The position numbers were made by a program, and so were the translations under genes. From assembly GCA_048882385.1 (NCBI GenBank), contig JBHLRQ010000016.1, forward strand, positions 1 through 34,771: a DNA stretch of 34,771 nucleotides, given 5' to 3'. Under the pieces are notes generated by a model, which was not told where the DNA came from, ran no database searches, and worked only from the letters and a program-made list of their open reading frames with translations. This document shows positions 1-9,386 of this stretch, piece by piece. Position 1 is the first letter of the stretch, and each line of letters starts with the position of its first letter. The DNA is from Candidatus Thorarchaeota archaeon (GTDB lineage: Archaea; Asgardarchaeota; Thorarchaeia; Thorarchaeales; Thorarchaeaceae).

Positions 1-591
1 AGAATTGATGACAAGATCCACATGCAAGTTGCTGCAGCTATAATCTCCAGTAAGACAAAGGACAAGGATGAGTATGCCAATGTCATGGAGGGAATTACAG
101 ATCTTGTGAAAGATCTTGCGGTCAAAATCACAGATATGGAAACTGAGGTCAGCGTCAACACTGCCGATAGTCCTGAAGATGGTCTATTCTATCTGACAGT
201 AACTGGTACATCTGCTGAACATGGAGATGATGGTCAGGTTGGTAGAGGCAATCGTGCAAACGGATTGATAACTCCATATAGACCAATGACCCTTGAGGCT
301 GCAGCTGGCAAAAATCCAGTATCACATGTAGGTAAGACTTACAATGTAGCAGCAAGAGAGATCACAGAGAGGGTCTACAAGGAACATCCAGACCTCTCAC
401 AAGTCTATTGTTATCTTGTCAGTCAGATTGGTGCACCTATCACTGAGCCAAAGGCAATCAATGTAGAGCTCTATGGGGATTGTGATATTGAAGTTGTGAA
501 GAAATCGGCTGAATCAATTACAGAGGAAGTCATTGCCAAACTACCTAGAGTCTGGGAAGGATTTGTCAAGAGACAATATCAACTCTGGTAA
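1..591 (+). CDS. mat: Archaeal-type S-adenosylmethionine synthetase, 5'-truncated by the window edge
   Basis: Frame is open from base 1. Motifs [28 protein letters not shown] and [17 protein letters not shown] are characteristic of archaeal MAT. Confidence 0.93.
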   Translation, partial: RIDDKIHMQVAAAIISSKTKDKDEYANVMEGITDLVKDLAVKITDMETEVSVNTADSPEDGLFYLTVTGTSAEHGDDGQVGRGNRANGLITPYRPMTLEAAAGKNPVSHVGKTYNVAAREITERVYKEHPDLSQVYCYLVSQIGAPITEPKAINVELYGDCDIEVVKKSAESITEEVIAKLPRVWEGFVKRQYQLW

Positions 592-615
592 TCAATTTAT
601 TCAAAAAATAAGCGA

Positions 616-639
616 GTAGGGCAGTAACATCTGCCCTAC
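616..639. terminator. Hairpin between convergent mat and M3 peptidase genes, possibly bidirectional
   Basis: gtagggcag-taacat-ctgccctac forms a perfect 9-bp stem. A-tract at 603-611 gives a U-tract on the minus strand, and tgtttt follows on the plus strand. Confidence 0.6.
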
Positions 640-650
640 AATGTTTTGAC

Positions 651-2633
651 TTATTCTTTACTTAGTCCAAGAGACTTCATGAATGCATCAGTGTTCATTT
701 CTCTACCAAGGAAACTCTTAACCATCTCATCAGGATCAAGACTTCCTCCAGGAGCAAGAATCTTCTGACGGTACTCAACACCAGTCTTGGTGTCCATGAA
801 ACCGTTCTCTTCGAACTTGGTGAAGACATCCTCAGCGTAAGCCTGTGACCATAGGTAGCTGTAGTAGCCAGCAACATATCCGGGATTCATCAAATGACCA
901 AAACCAGCATCCATCCTTGTTCCTTCAGGCATCTGAATTCTTGTAATTTCTGCTAACATTTCATCAAACACCTTGGTAGTGTCTTCAGCACCTTCAGTAT
1001 GATAGAGCATATCGACCAGTGAGAAACAAACTTGTCTAAGGTAGAAGGAGCCTGCATCAACAAGCTTGGCAGCAATCAGTTTCTTGATCAACTCAGAAGG
1101 CAATTTCTTGGATGGATTCTCAAAATGTCCAGAGATGTCTGTAAGAACCTCCTCCTTCCAAGCCCAGTTCTGAAACATCATCGAAGGAGTTTCAATAAAG
1201 TCAGGAAGTACTCCATCAAGACTGAAACTAGCATATTTAGATTGGTTACTGATGACATGCATAAGATGGCCAAACTCATGAAAGAATGTTTCAACCTCTG
1301 AGTGATTAAACAAAGATGGTTGACTCTCAGAAGGTTTCTGATAGTTTGAAACCATCGCACATATCGGGAGTAGCTCTTCACCATCTTTGACACGGCGATT
1401 CATGAAATCAAAGACTGCGTAATGCTTGAACTTTCCTTCCCTTGGAAAGAGGTCCAAGTAGAATATGCCCAAGGTCTTTCCATTAGTATTGTCAATTACT
1501 TTGAATTCTCTTACATCCTCATGCCAACTATTTGGTGTCTTTGATTCTTCAAAGTCAAGATTGAGAACTTTTTGATAGACCCTGAGAACACCATCAATCA
1601 CTGTGTCAGCTGGGAAGTATTTCTTGACCTCATTCTGATCAACAGCATACTTCTCTCTCATTAGCATCTCGTGATAATAGAATAAATCCCAGATTTCGAT
1701 CTTGGTATTTTCTAAAGGTAGATTCTGTTCCTTTGATTTGAGTTCCCTGAGAATGACCATTTCTTGCTCCATAAGAGGAGTGAGTTTTTTCTTGAGATCA
1801 TTCATGAAATCGATAACTCGTTGTGGAGTCTTGGCCATCTTTCTCTGAATTGCATACTCTGCATAGTTCAAATTACCAACAAGCTTGGCAAGTCGGTCTC
1901 TAAGAGCAATCGCATCAGAAAGCTTCTCGCTATTCTCTTTTCCACCACGATGATAGAATGGGATTAAGACTTTCTTACGTGTTTCAGGATTGGTAGCGTA
2001 TTCTCTGATTGGAACAACAACCGGATAGTCAAGGGTAAGAAGATAGTTGTCACCATCCTTCTCTAGATTCTCGTATACAAATGGAGGAACTCCATCAAGT
2101 TCTTCAACCTTGCATGGCACTGTTGTTGTAATCTCATTGAGAACCCTACCAAATTCAGATTCAAGAACTGAGATATTGTTAGCTATCTCAAGGAACTCTT
2201 TCCTCTTCTCGTCTTCAAGAGCTGCTCCTCTGTGTCTGAATTCTTTGAGTGTCTTATCAAGAAGCGTTTTCTCTTCTGGTTCGAATGTATCTATTAGAGG
2301 TTCAAGGCGAGCTAATACATCATAGAGGTCCTTTCTTCCCCAAATCTCGTTGTCAAATTTATGAGCATCTTTTTCTACCTCATCAGCAATATCCCTCTGT
2401 CCTTTGTCTGGTGAGATGTACTTCAAAAAGATGAATGGACTGAGAACCTCGCCTGTAGCACCTGTTACTTCCTCAAAAGCCCGAAGGGTCTCTAGACTCT
2501 CATCACCAGGAGCTGTTTTGGCAATCTCGTTAAGCTTCCTCTTTGCCTCTTCAATTGCTTCATCCGCCTTGGACTTCATCATTGCAGGTTCAATCTTCCA
2601 GTCCGGTTTGCGGATTGTACCCTTCTTTGTCAT
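651..2633 (-). CDS. M3A-family Zn oligopeptidase (thimet oligopeptidase/neurolysin-like)
   Basis: FFHEFGHLMH (HExxH), DFIETPS third-ligand region, YLDLFPREGK, FGHL..GY.AGYYSYLWS and ILAPGGS; 660 aa. Confidence 0.93.
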   Translation of the reverse strand: MTKKGTIRKPDWKIEPAMMKSKADEAIEEAKRKLNEIAKTAPGDESLETLRAFEEVTGATGEVLSPFIFLKYISPDKGQRDIADEVEKDAHKFDNEIWGRKDLYDVLARLEPLIDTFEPEEKTLLDKTLKEFRHRGAALEDEKRKEFLEIANNISVLESEFGRVLNEITTTVPCKVEELDGVPPFVYENLEKDGDNYLLTLDYPVVVPIREYATNPETRKKVLIPFYHRGGKENSEKLSDAIALRDRLAKLVGNLNYAEYAIQRKMAKTPQRVIDFMNDLKKKLTPLMEQEMVILRELKSKEQNLPLENTKIEIWDLFYYHEMLMREKYAVDQNEVKKYFPADTVIDGVLRVYQKVLNLDFEESKTPNSWHEDVREFKVIDNTNGKTLGIFYLDLFPREGKFKHYAVFDFMNRRVKDGEELLPICAMVSNYQKPSESQPSLFNHSEVETFFHEFGHLMHVISNQSKYASFSLDGVLPDFIETPSMMFQNWAWKEEVLTDISGHFENPSKKLPSELIKKLIAAKLVDAGSFYLRQVCFSLVDMLYHTEGAEDTTKVFDEMLAEITRIQMPEGTRMDAGFGHLMNPGYVAGYYSYLWSQAYAEDVFTKFEENGFMDTKTGVEYRQKILAPGGSLDPDEMVKSFLGREMNTDAFMKSLGLSKE

Positions 2634-2705
2634 AGCTTTCGTAGCAGCAATACTGCATATTTAAGCCCAGCCATGTACGCTGGTAGCTGTTTGAATGAGG
2701 ATGAG

Positions 2706-2727
2706 CATGTTGTGACATGTTTTTTAA
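2706..2727 (+). promoter_or_regulatory. Candidate TATA region with an adjacent CATGT-n4-ACATG inverted repeat
   Basis: catgttgtgacatgttttttaa lies about 75 nt upstream of ATG 2802. A similar string precedes the SPFH gene. Confidence 0.35.
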
Positions 2728-2801
2728 GGACTCAAGTATAGTCCCAAGCAGGTCAACTCCATATATCACAGGGGTTGCAAACACTCAGGAGAATTATCAG
2801 C

Positions 2802-3362
2802 ATGGGCAAAATAACCGACCCCATTGCCAAGCGAATTAGAAAGAAGGCTGCCAGGGATATCAAGGGAGGCTTCTTTGGCAAAATTACTCACTACATACCC
2901 GGCTGGCACGGGTATCAAGAGAAGGAAGAAAGACGCGCCGCAGATAAGGTCCTTCGAGAGTTCATGGCTGATCAGCTTCGCCTGGTCAAGCAGGACTTGG
3001 AGAAGCTCCAGATGATGGCCGTCGATTATAACTTGACCAAGACCTGGGAAACATTCGACAGGATGCTTGCGCTCACAGACAAGATTGAATCAGCCATCAG
3101 ATACGCCGATTATGGCTACGCTGCTTGGGGTTCAAAAGAGAAGATCAATGAAAGAGAGCTCGATCAGGTATACGAATTCGATGCAACTCTCATTGACGAC
3201 ATTGGTGATATCAACGACGTCGCAGAAGAGTTCCTGGACAACATGAATCAAGGCAAGTTTGACGATGCCTGGAACTTCACTTACCGAATGTGGACCATCA
3301 TGCAGCGTCTCGAAGAGAAATGGAATCAGCGAGAAGGCTACATGAAAGGATATCAAGACTAA
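2802..3362 (+). CDS. Conserved alpha-helical hypothetical protein (IPGxxGYxxxExRRxxD type)
   Basis: ATG 2802 is preceded by an AGGAG SD, so it is preferred over the ORF-track TTG 2775. Motif IPGWHGYQEKEERRAADKVLRE; strong codon bias; 3' hairpin. Confidence 0.85.
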   Translation: MGKITDPIAKRIRKKAARDIKGGFFGKITHYIPGWHGYQEKEERRAADKVLREFMADQLRLVKQDLEKLQMMAVDYNLTKTWETFDRMLALTDKIESAIRYADYGYAAWGSKEKINERELDQVYEFDATLIDDIGDINDVAEEFLDNMNQGKFDDAWNFTYRMWTIMQRLEEKWNQREGYMKGYQD

Positions 3363-3374
3363 TCCATTTTCATC

Positions 3375-3411
3375 ATTCCGGAGCACACGCTCCGGAATTC
3401 TAATTCTTTTT
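3375..3411 (+). terminator. Hairpin plus U-tract
   Basis: attccggagc-acac-gctccggaat forms a perfect 10-bp stem, followed by tctaattcttttt. Confidence 0.65.
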
Positions 3412-3458
3412 GTATACTATATGACAAGAACTAACTACGTATACGAGTAGTAAGGAAT

Positions 3459-3779
3459 ATGCAGAGTGGTTACCTGGTTATCACTTTTGGATTCCAATTC
3501 TTCCTTCTAGTTGGATATCTGTTCTACTTCCTATTTCGAAAGTGGGTGGTAGTTGATGATCAGATAGTGCTCTTGTCTTGGGTGGCTGGTTTTTTAGGGC
3601 TTCTTACAATTGGGCTCTTATTGATAGTTGCAATTATACTTCCAAGGATGGTGATTGCAGAGGCAATTTTCGCATCAGCAATTGTTGCTCTAGATTTGAT
3701 TGGACTCTATCTCCTTGTTAAAGAAACGTGGAATAGAAAGATGACAATCGAGCATGGCTTTCTAGACGAAGAAACTTGA
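3459..3779 (+). CDS. Small membrane protein, about 3 TM, function unknown
   Basis: AAGGA SD before the ATG; three hydrophobic stretches. Confidence 0.75.
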   Translation: MQSGYLVITFGFQFFLLVGYLFYFLFRKWVVVDDQIVLLSWVAGFLGLLTIGLLLIVAIILPRMVIAEAIFASAIVALDLIGLYLLVKETWNRKMTIEHGFLDEET

Positions 3780-3857
3780 TGCGAAATCAACGAGAGAATT
3801 CAGTAGGTGCTATAGAAAGGAGCATTCTCACTATGGAGTGGGTGTAATGAATCAATC

Positions 3858-4250
3858 TCATTTGTCAAAAAGTCTTGATTTGAAATCGTCCCAGGTCATC
3901 CCATCGTATTCTTCAAACCAAGAGGGAAACTTGGCAATAGTTTCATCTGCATTTAGGACTGTGATTTCGTGATATGGAGGTCCAGAAACTTCTAGCTCTA
4001 CATACTTCGCAACATCTATTGTATTTTCATTGCTGAGAAATTGTTCGATCAAGAGTATCATTCGTTCTTCAGTCATGAATTCTAATGGATCATCAAACTT
4101 TTCCAACAAATCCCACAGCTCTTCGAGTAACAAAAAAGTGACCTTCTTTTTGTAAAAGAAATCTGAAACAGTATTAAGAGTGATTTCCATTGAACCTCTA
4201 TCTGGAATGAGAGTCCAGCTGTCAATAATGTCAAAGAGGGATCGCTTCAT
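3858..4250 (-). CDS. Acidic hypothetical protein (130 aa)
   Basis: ATG start, non-overlapping ORF, globular-protein composition; no motif recognised. Confidence 0.75.
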   Translation of the reverse strand: MKRSLFDIIDSWTLIPDRGSMEITLNTVSDFFYKKKVTFLLLEELWDLLEKFDDPLEFMTEERMILLIEQFLSNENTIDVAKYVELEVSGPPYHEITVLNADETIAKFPSWFEEYDGMTWDDFKSRLFDK

Positions 4251-4307
4251 GAAATAGCATGGAGAATTAAGATTGAAAAACTAATCCCTATGAGATTTTG
4301 ATTTGCA

Positions 4308-4586
4308 TCACATCTCAGTGATTTCGTATGACAATATACCGAGATCTCGAAGTGCTCGTTGGACCAGTCTCATACTGAGATATTTGTCGCAGTTATTACA
4401 AGAGAAAGTATCTGGTCCCTGCCATTTTATGTGCTGATTGAAGTCTATGGTACTTTTGCAGGACGGACATTCAATTTGATTACTAAGTGGAGAAGAGAGA
4501 AACTTCCTAGTAAAGGATTCGAAACTTGGTAAGGTCTTGCTTGGAGAATTCAAGGGAACGGTATCAGCAACTGCTTTCTCTTCCAT
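4308..4586 (-). CDS. Small zinc-ribbon protein
   Basis: CPSC...CNNC pair after a Ser/Pro-rich N-terminus; 92 aa. Confidence 0.75.
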   Translation of the reverse strand: MEEKAVADTVPLNSPSKTLPSFESFTRKFLSSPLSNQIECPSCKSTIDFNQHIKWQGPDTFSCNNCDKYLSMRLVQRALRDLGILSYEITEM

Positions 4587-4749
4587 CTCAATTCACAATT
4601 CCAGATCATTGCTGATTTTCCTATAAGACCGAGCAATACATTGAACGCAATGCTACATCAAAGCATCTTCACTGTTGCTTGAAAAGAAACTACATTATTA
4701 TTCGTTATATGAAATCAATAATTCCATTCCATATCCATTTGAGGAACTT

Positions 4750-5616
4750 ATGATGGCAGATAAATCGAAAGTAATCGCTTTGCTAATTGTCGCGCTCGTG
4801 ACAGGTTTTGGAACATACTTTGGTTTGGCGTCACTCTTGACACCACCTAGCTCATTCGGGAATACAACAGTGACAACAACTACTCCTCTAGCTACTCCGC
4901 CCATTGATGATACAGTGGAACTTAGTCCAGATATTTTCACATATAATGGAATTGAATTGATGTGGATAGTCATTGGTGGATTTAAGCTAAAATTCAATGA
5001 TACAGTAGTCTATATTGATCCGTCTAATATCGAAGACAAAGAAGACCCTGTTCTGGAAACTGCAGATTATATAGTAATCACACACGACCATTCTCCACAT
5101 TTTTCCATTTCCGACATATTAGCATTATCAGATAATGAAACCCTAACAATTTCTTCACGCATACCAGCTGGATTTCTCAGGCCGGACTATACTGTATATC
5201 CAGGTGACTCATTGGATTTTCCAGATGTGAAATTCGAATTTGTCGCGTCATACAACGTTGACAAGTTCCGACCAGGGACAACAACTCTCTTTCACCCACC
5301 AGGATCGGACAATATTGGAATAATCACTGAATTCAATGGAACCAGAATCTATCATGCTGGGGATACTGACAGAATTCCAGAGATGCAATCAATAGACACA
5401 GATATTGCACTCCTTCCCGTGAGCGGTTATGCATGGATGGAACCAGAAGAGGCCGCTGATGCGGTTAAGGATCTCAAGATCTTTTCTGATTTAGCTTATG
5501 CGATACCGATTCACTGGGGATACAATCAAGGAACGAGATGGCATGCAGAACGTTTTGTTGAACTAGCCAACTGTACTACAATAATACTAGAGAAACTGTT
5601 TGAGAGGTATGGATAA
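4750..5616 (+). CDS. Membrane-anchored or secreted MBL-fold metallo-hydrolase
   Basis: GAGG SD at 4741 before ATG 4750/4753. N-terminal TM, Thr/Pro linker, then YIDP, ITHDHSPH, YHAGDT and PIHWG. Confidence 0.85.
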   Translation: MMADKSKVIALLIVALVTGFGTYFGLASLLTPPSSFGNTTVTTTTPLATPPIDDTVELSPDIFTYNGIELMWIVIGGFKLKFNDTVVYIDPSNIEDKEDPVLETADYIVITHDHSPHFSISDILALSDNETLTISSRIPAGFLRPDYTVYPGDSLDFPDVKFEFVASYNVDKFRPGTTTLFHPPGSDNIGIITEFNGTRIYHAGDTDRIPEMQSIDTDIALLPVSGYAWMEPEEAADAVKDLKIFSDLAYAIPIHWGYNQGTRWHAERFVELANCTTIILEKLFERYG

Positions 5617-5659
5617 TTAAAATAAAGAAAGAGGGATGGGAGAAACACTCCCTATCCCT
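5617..5659 (-). terminator. Hairpin plus U-rich tract downstream of the minus-strand membrane gene
   Basis: agggatgggag-aaaca-ctccc(t)atccct at 5632-5659 with one bulge. The A-rich segment 5617-5630 is a U-tract on the minus strand. Confidence 0.55.
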
Positions 5660-5671
5660 TATTCTGCTTGA

Positions 5672-6517
5672 CTATTGCTCGAACTTGCCAGCTATCTTGC
5701 CCATACCATAAATGAATAGTATGATTAGCAGGATTCCTCCAAGGTTCGAATTCCCTAGTAGATAGAGACCGGCGAAGAAATCAATGGATCCGGATGCAAA
5801 TGGAAGTGTTGCACCCCATGGATTTGCAGGTCCTATGAGTCCTACAATGTAACCAGTTCCATTGAATACTATGCCCAGAAGGAATACAAGCACCATTAGC
5901 ATGTAGAAGATCTTTGCAAGGTCTCCAAAATATCCTCCAATCGTATCACCAGTATACATCTTGAAGATGTTGAAGAGACCATACAACATGAGAGTCACTG
6001 CAAAAGCAATCATTATACCCCCACCCATGTAAATGAACTGAGGCATAATGTGGTTGGCACTCGTGTCTCCAATCATATCATCAATACCGAAGTTAGCATA
6101 GAACGCAACAGCTAACATTAGGAAGAGGCCCTTTAGGAAATGAAACAGGTTTCTCACAAGATCCCAATTTCCAACTCTATTCTTCAGGAATGGGCTAATG
6201 AAAAACAGAAGGCCTACAATGAGAACTAGAGCTGCCGCAACTGCTTGTGCAGCATCCAGAACCATCCAAATTACCGAGTTAATGATTAAAGATAGACCTA
6301 GACAAATCCATGCCATGTTTTCCTTCCCAATTGCATAATACATCGGGAACAGTAGTCCTATAACGAGAGTAAAGTAATACACCCAAGTCAGTGCTGCATC
6401 AGCGAGCACTGCATTTGTCATATATGTCCATGGAAGATAGATCAAATAAAACAAAGCAAGCGCAATTGCTGATAAGTACTGAACAAGTGTCTTTATATCA
6501 TACTCACTCAATTTCAT
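5672..6517 (-). CDS. Polytopic membrane protein (about 8-9 TM), function unknown
   Basis: ATG 6517 (MKLSEYD) is preceded by AAGGAG. The ORF-track extension to 6607 looks non-coding. Many hydrophobic helices. Confidence 0.8.
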   Translation of the reverse strand: MKLSEYDIKTLVQYLSAIALALFYLIYLPWTYMTNAVLADAALTWVYYFTLVIGLLFPMYYAIGKENMAWICLGLSLIINSVIWMVLDAAQAVAAALVLIVGLLFFISPFLKNRVGNWDLVRNLFHFLKGLFLMLAVAFYANFGIDDMIGDTSANHIMPQFIYMGGGIMIAFAVTLMLYGLFNIFKMYTGDTIGGYFGDLAKIFYMLMVLVFLLGIVFNGTGYIVGLIGPANPWGATLPFASGSIDFFAGLYLLGNSNLGGILLIILFIYGMGKIAGKFEQ

Positions 6518-6811
6518 ACACTCCTTGGCCCGTAGGCCCACGCAGTATTTCAGATAGTAACATGCGAGTATAAATCGCTGTTGTTTTTGAAAAAAAGTCA
6601 TCGACAAAAGCCGAATTTAAGGCGCGAAATGGAAACAATATTTCATCGGAAAAAACGTTCAATATTTAGAACCAGTTGTTCAAAGATTAGATTATTGTCT
6701 TAGTGTATGCTATAATTTTGGACGTTGAAGAATATCATTCTTCATGTGTAGAGAGGAGAACAAATGGAGGTTTATGCAACCTCTCCAATAGGACTGAGGG
6801 GAGTGGATTGT

Positions 6812-8782
6812 ATGAATGAACGAAACACTGTACCGGTAGTAGCAGTATTGATAGTAATCATACTCTTTGGAGCCTCTGTACTTAATCTACAGATAACACC
6901 AAAAACACTCGCAGGACAGACAAAGGTCCTCTCCGATGGTGGAAAGATCGATCCGTATGAAGTTTCGATTCGTGGGAGTATAGTTGACAATTATGCAAAC
7001 CTGACCTATACAATGCTTTACGATAACTACGCTTCTTCGACTGCCAATGAAGTAGATTGGTTCTTAGGCTTGCAAGATGGTCTCAGGTTAAGCAATATTT
7101 CAGTTGTGCTAGAATCAATTGTTTATTGGGGAAGGGTGTTTCCAGAACAGCAAGCTGTCCAAATCTATGACGATAGTGTTGAAGCTAACAAAAGTGCAGT
7201 ATTAGTTCAACGATACGATAATGGATACTCAGTAAAAATGAATGTGGAGGCAGGTGCTGAAGCCACACTTACAATCTTTATTGAAGGATTGCTTACTCGT
7301 AAGAATGGTTTGTATATCCTAGGATTACCTGTAGGTAGAAACGGAATTGTAAATACAGGGTTTTCGTTTGAGCTTGAGATCATCTCTAATTTCCTACCTA
7401 TTGCTGGATATTCTGTACGTGGACTTTCGAGTCTGACTGTCACCGATCTTCTCGATGGAGTCAGGTTAGAATATTCAACATCATCACTGACAATTGAAGA
7501 GATGATTGAAGTTTCATATGCGTTGGACCGGCAACTGGGAGGAGCTCAGCTTCTAACCTATACTAATGGGTCAGAGAATTTCTTTGTGTATCTATTGGCA
7601 CCTAGCATAATAGAGGATACAGAGAGTGCAAGAAGGCAGTATGTTTTCGTTCTTGATAAGTCAGGCTCTATGGGTGGTACAAAGATAGTACAAGCAAAAA
7701 CTGCTTTCAACGCAATGGTTGGAGGTCTTCGTTCAATTGATATCTTCAATGTGATTGCTTTCGATACTTCAGTACAAGCATTATGGGCCGAACCCCATTC
7801 AGGTTCAGAATCTAATATTGATGAAGCGCAGGATTGGATTCAGTCACTCTCTGCAAATGGAGGTACAAACTTTCACGGTGCTGCATTAGAGGGGCTAGGG
7901 ACATTTACTGAGGGGGACAATGCAAAAGCTATGTTGATTCTCTCTGATGGGCAACCAACTGCTGGTGATATCCAAGACTCACAAGGAATTTTGGCTGCCA
8001 TTTCAGAGGCTAATAGTCTCAGCGTTTCAATAGCCACTGTTGCTTTTGGCTCAGACGCTGATGAGAACCTCATGGCTAACATCGCGGCGCAAAACGATGG
8101 TTTCTTCGAATTCATTGAACCAGATGAGGAAGCTAGTTCAAACCTTCTTGATTTCTACAAAACCTTCTCAGTACCTGTAGCAGATAACTATGAGGTTGAT
8201 TTCAGTGGGGCACTTGAAGTCCTTTCTCTCTCACCTTTGGAGGAGTCTGTATTTCTCAATGGCACTGAGATCATTGTAGCAGGAAGATATGTTGAAGGAA
8301 TGACTGTCACAACATCAATAGACTATGTGACTGGTCCTGTAGTCTATACGGACACGATTGGTGCAGCATCACTTGATAATGAACATGTTGAATTTATTTG
8401 GGCTCAACAGAGAATTTCTTGTCTTCTAGATCAAGTTGAAAAATCTGGGGATAGTGACACACTAAGGAGACAAATCGTGGGCATTGGTATGCAATATGGA
8501 ATAGCGATTGCAGATTATACAGCAATGGTGTTGACAGCTTATGATGATGAGTCATCTGAAGAACCCCCTGATGATGACTCAGGAACTCTTGATGGTGATC
8601 CGTATGCTACTCCACCCGCACATACAGCATCACCAGCACCAACTACTGCAACAGCTCCAACTCCAACTCCAGCTCCAGCTCCAGCAGCATTGGACCCCTT
8701 ACTGATGAGTCCCGTATTCTTCTACGGTTTAATTGGAACAGTATTAGTTGTTCTCCTTCTTTCGAAATTGAGGAGGGGGTAG
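6812..8782 (+). CDS. Surface-anchored VIT + vWA domain protein (inter-alpha-trypsin-inhibitor heavy chain/VWA5-like)
   Basis: GGGGAG SD before ATG 6812. Signal/TM segment, VIT-like N-domain, MIDAS motif VFVLDKSGSM...GGTN...LSDG, WAQQRI motif, acidic and PT/PA linker, C-terminal TM followed by KLRRG. Confidence 0.88.
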   Translation: MNERNTVPVVAVLIVIILFGASVLNLQITPKTLAGQTKVLSDGGKIDPYEVSIRGSIVDNYANLTYTMLYDNYASSTANEVDWFLGLQDGLRLSNISVVLESIVYWGRVFPEQQAVQIYDDSVEANKSAVLVQRYDNGYSVKMNVEAGAEATLTIFIEGLLTRKNGLYILGLPVGRNGIVNTGFSFELEIISNFLPIAGYSVRGLSSLTVTDLLDGVRLEYSTSSLTIEEMIEVSYALDRQLGGAQLLTYTNGSENFFVYLLAPSIIEDTESARRQYVFVLDKSGSMGGTKIVQAKTAFNAMVGGLRSIDIFNVIAFDTSVQALWAEPHSGSESNIDEAQDWIQSLSANGGTNFHGAALEGLGTFTEGDNAKAMLILSDGQPTAGDIQDSQGILAAISEANSLSVSIATVAFGSDADENLMANIAAQNDGFFEFIEPDEEASSNLLDFYKTFSVPVADNYEVDFSGALEVLSLSPLEESVFLNGTEIIVAGRYVEGMTVTTSIDYVTGPVVYTDTIGAASLDNEHVEFIWAQQRISCLLDQVEKSGDSDTLRRQIVGIGMQYGIAIADYTAMVLTAYDDESSEEPPDDDSGTLDGDPYATPPAHTASPAPTTATAPTPTPAPAPAALDPLLMSPVFFYGLIGTVLVVLLLSKLRRG

Positions 8783-8796
8783 TACCCACATACACT

Positions 8797-8849
8797 GAGT
8801 CAGAGCGATGACCCTAGTCCGAAGTTATCGCCCTGACTCTTCTTTTTTC
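8797..8849 (+). terminator. Long hairpin plus U-tract
   Basis: gagtcagagcgatgac pairs with gttatcgccctgactc (16 positions, one mismatch, one G-U), followed by ttcttttttc. Confidence 0.65.
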
Positions 8850-9006
8850 ATTGACCTTGTCAGGGTTATTCATTCAAAATATACAGATTCGTGAGAATAT
8901 GAGAAGTGCCAGTTATATAGTGCTTTGTGAATGAACGGATAAGGTGACATGCTTGTACCAAAAAGGTACTGATGATGAAAAGCACTCATTTGATTTAGAA
9001 GAGAAT

Positions 9007-9333
9007 ATGGGAACTCAATTTGTTTCAGAAGCTAAGAGTATGACGGGTTTGGTATTGAAAGATGCAGGCATGCAAATGGACAGGAATATCCTATTCAAGC
9101 AGCAAGAGAGCCTGGAAAGAGCTCTGGAACGAGTTTGGTCCGGTGTTGAGGAAGGTAGAATCGAAGTTGAGTGCCTGCCTGTACTTCGACTTGTTCGAAG
9201 TATCTCTTTTCCTGAAATAAGTCGCAAGTTAAGAGCACCTGAAATTGACCATGCGAAGATAATAAGAGAACTTCGACTAATGGTAAATACATTCCAATAC
9301 GTGATTAAACCCAAAAGTTCTCACTATCTTTGA
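9007..9333 (+). CDS. Hypothetical helical protein; start uncertain (GTG 8944 or ATG 9007)
   Basis: ORF fills the gap between the vWA and MBL genes; no motif recognised. Confidence 0.6.
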   Translation: MGTQFVSEAKSMTGLVLKDAGMQMDRNILFKQQESLERALERVWSGVEEGRIEVECLPVLRLVRSISFPEISRKLRAPEIDHAKIIRELRLMVNTFQYVIKPKSSHYL

Positions 9334-9386
9334 TTATCATTCCAGAACACTGAATACATACCTAGCATCAAAACTCTCTGGTAAAG

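Noticed and set aside
3777-4310. TGA-TGC (possible Sec-Cys) at the ends of 3459-3779 and 4308-4586
   Set aside because: Readthrough adds only about 9 unremarkable residues, with no redox fold and no SECIS; likely chance.
8605-8690. Short tandem repeats (ccaact/ccagct)
   Set aside because: Explained by the Pro/Thr/Ala protein stalk; not a CRISPR array or mobile repeat.
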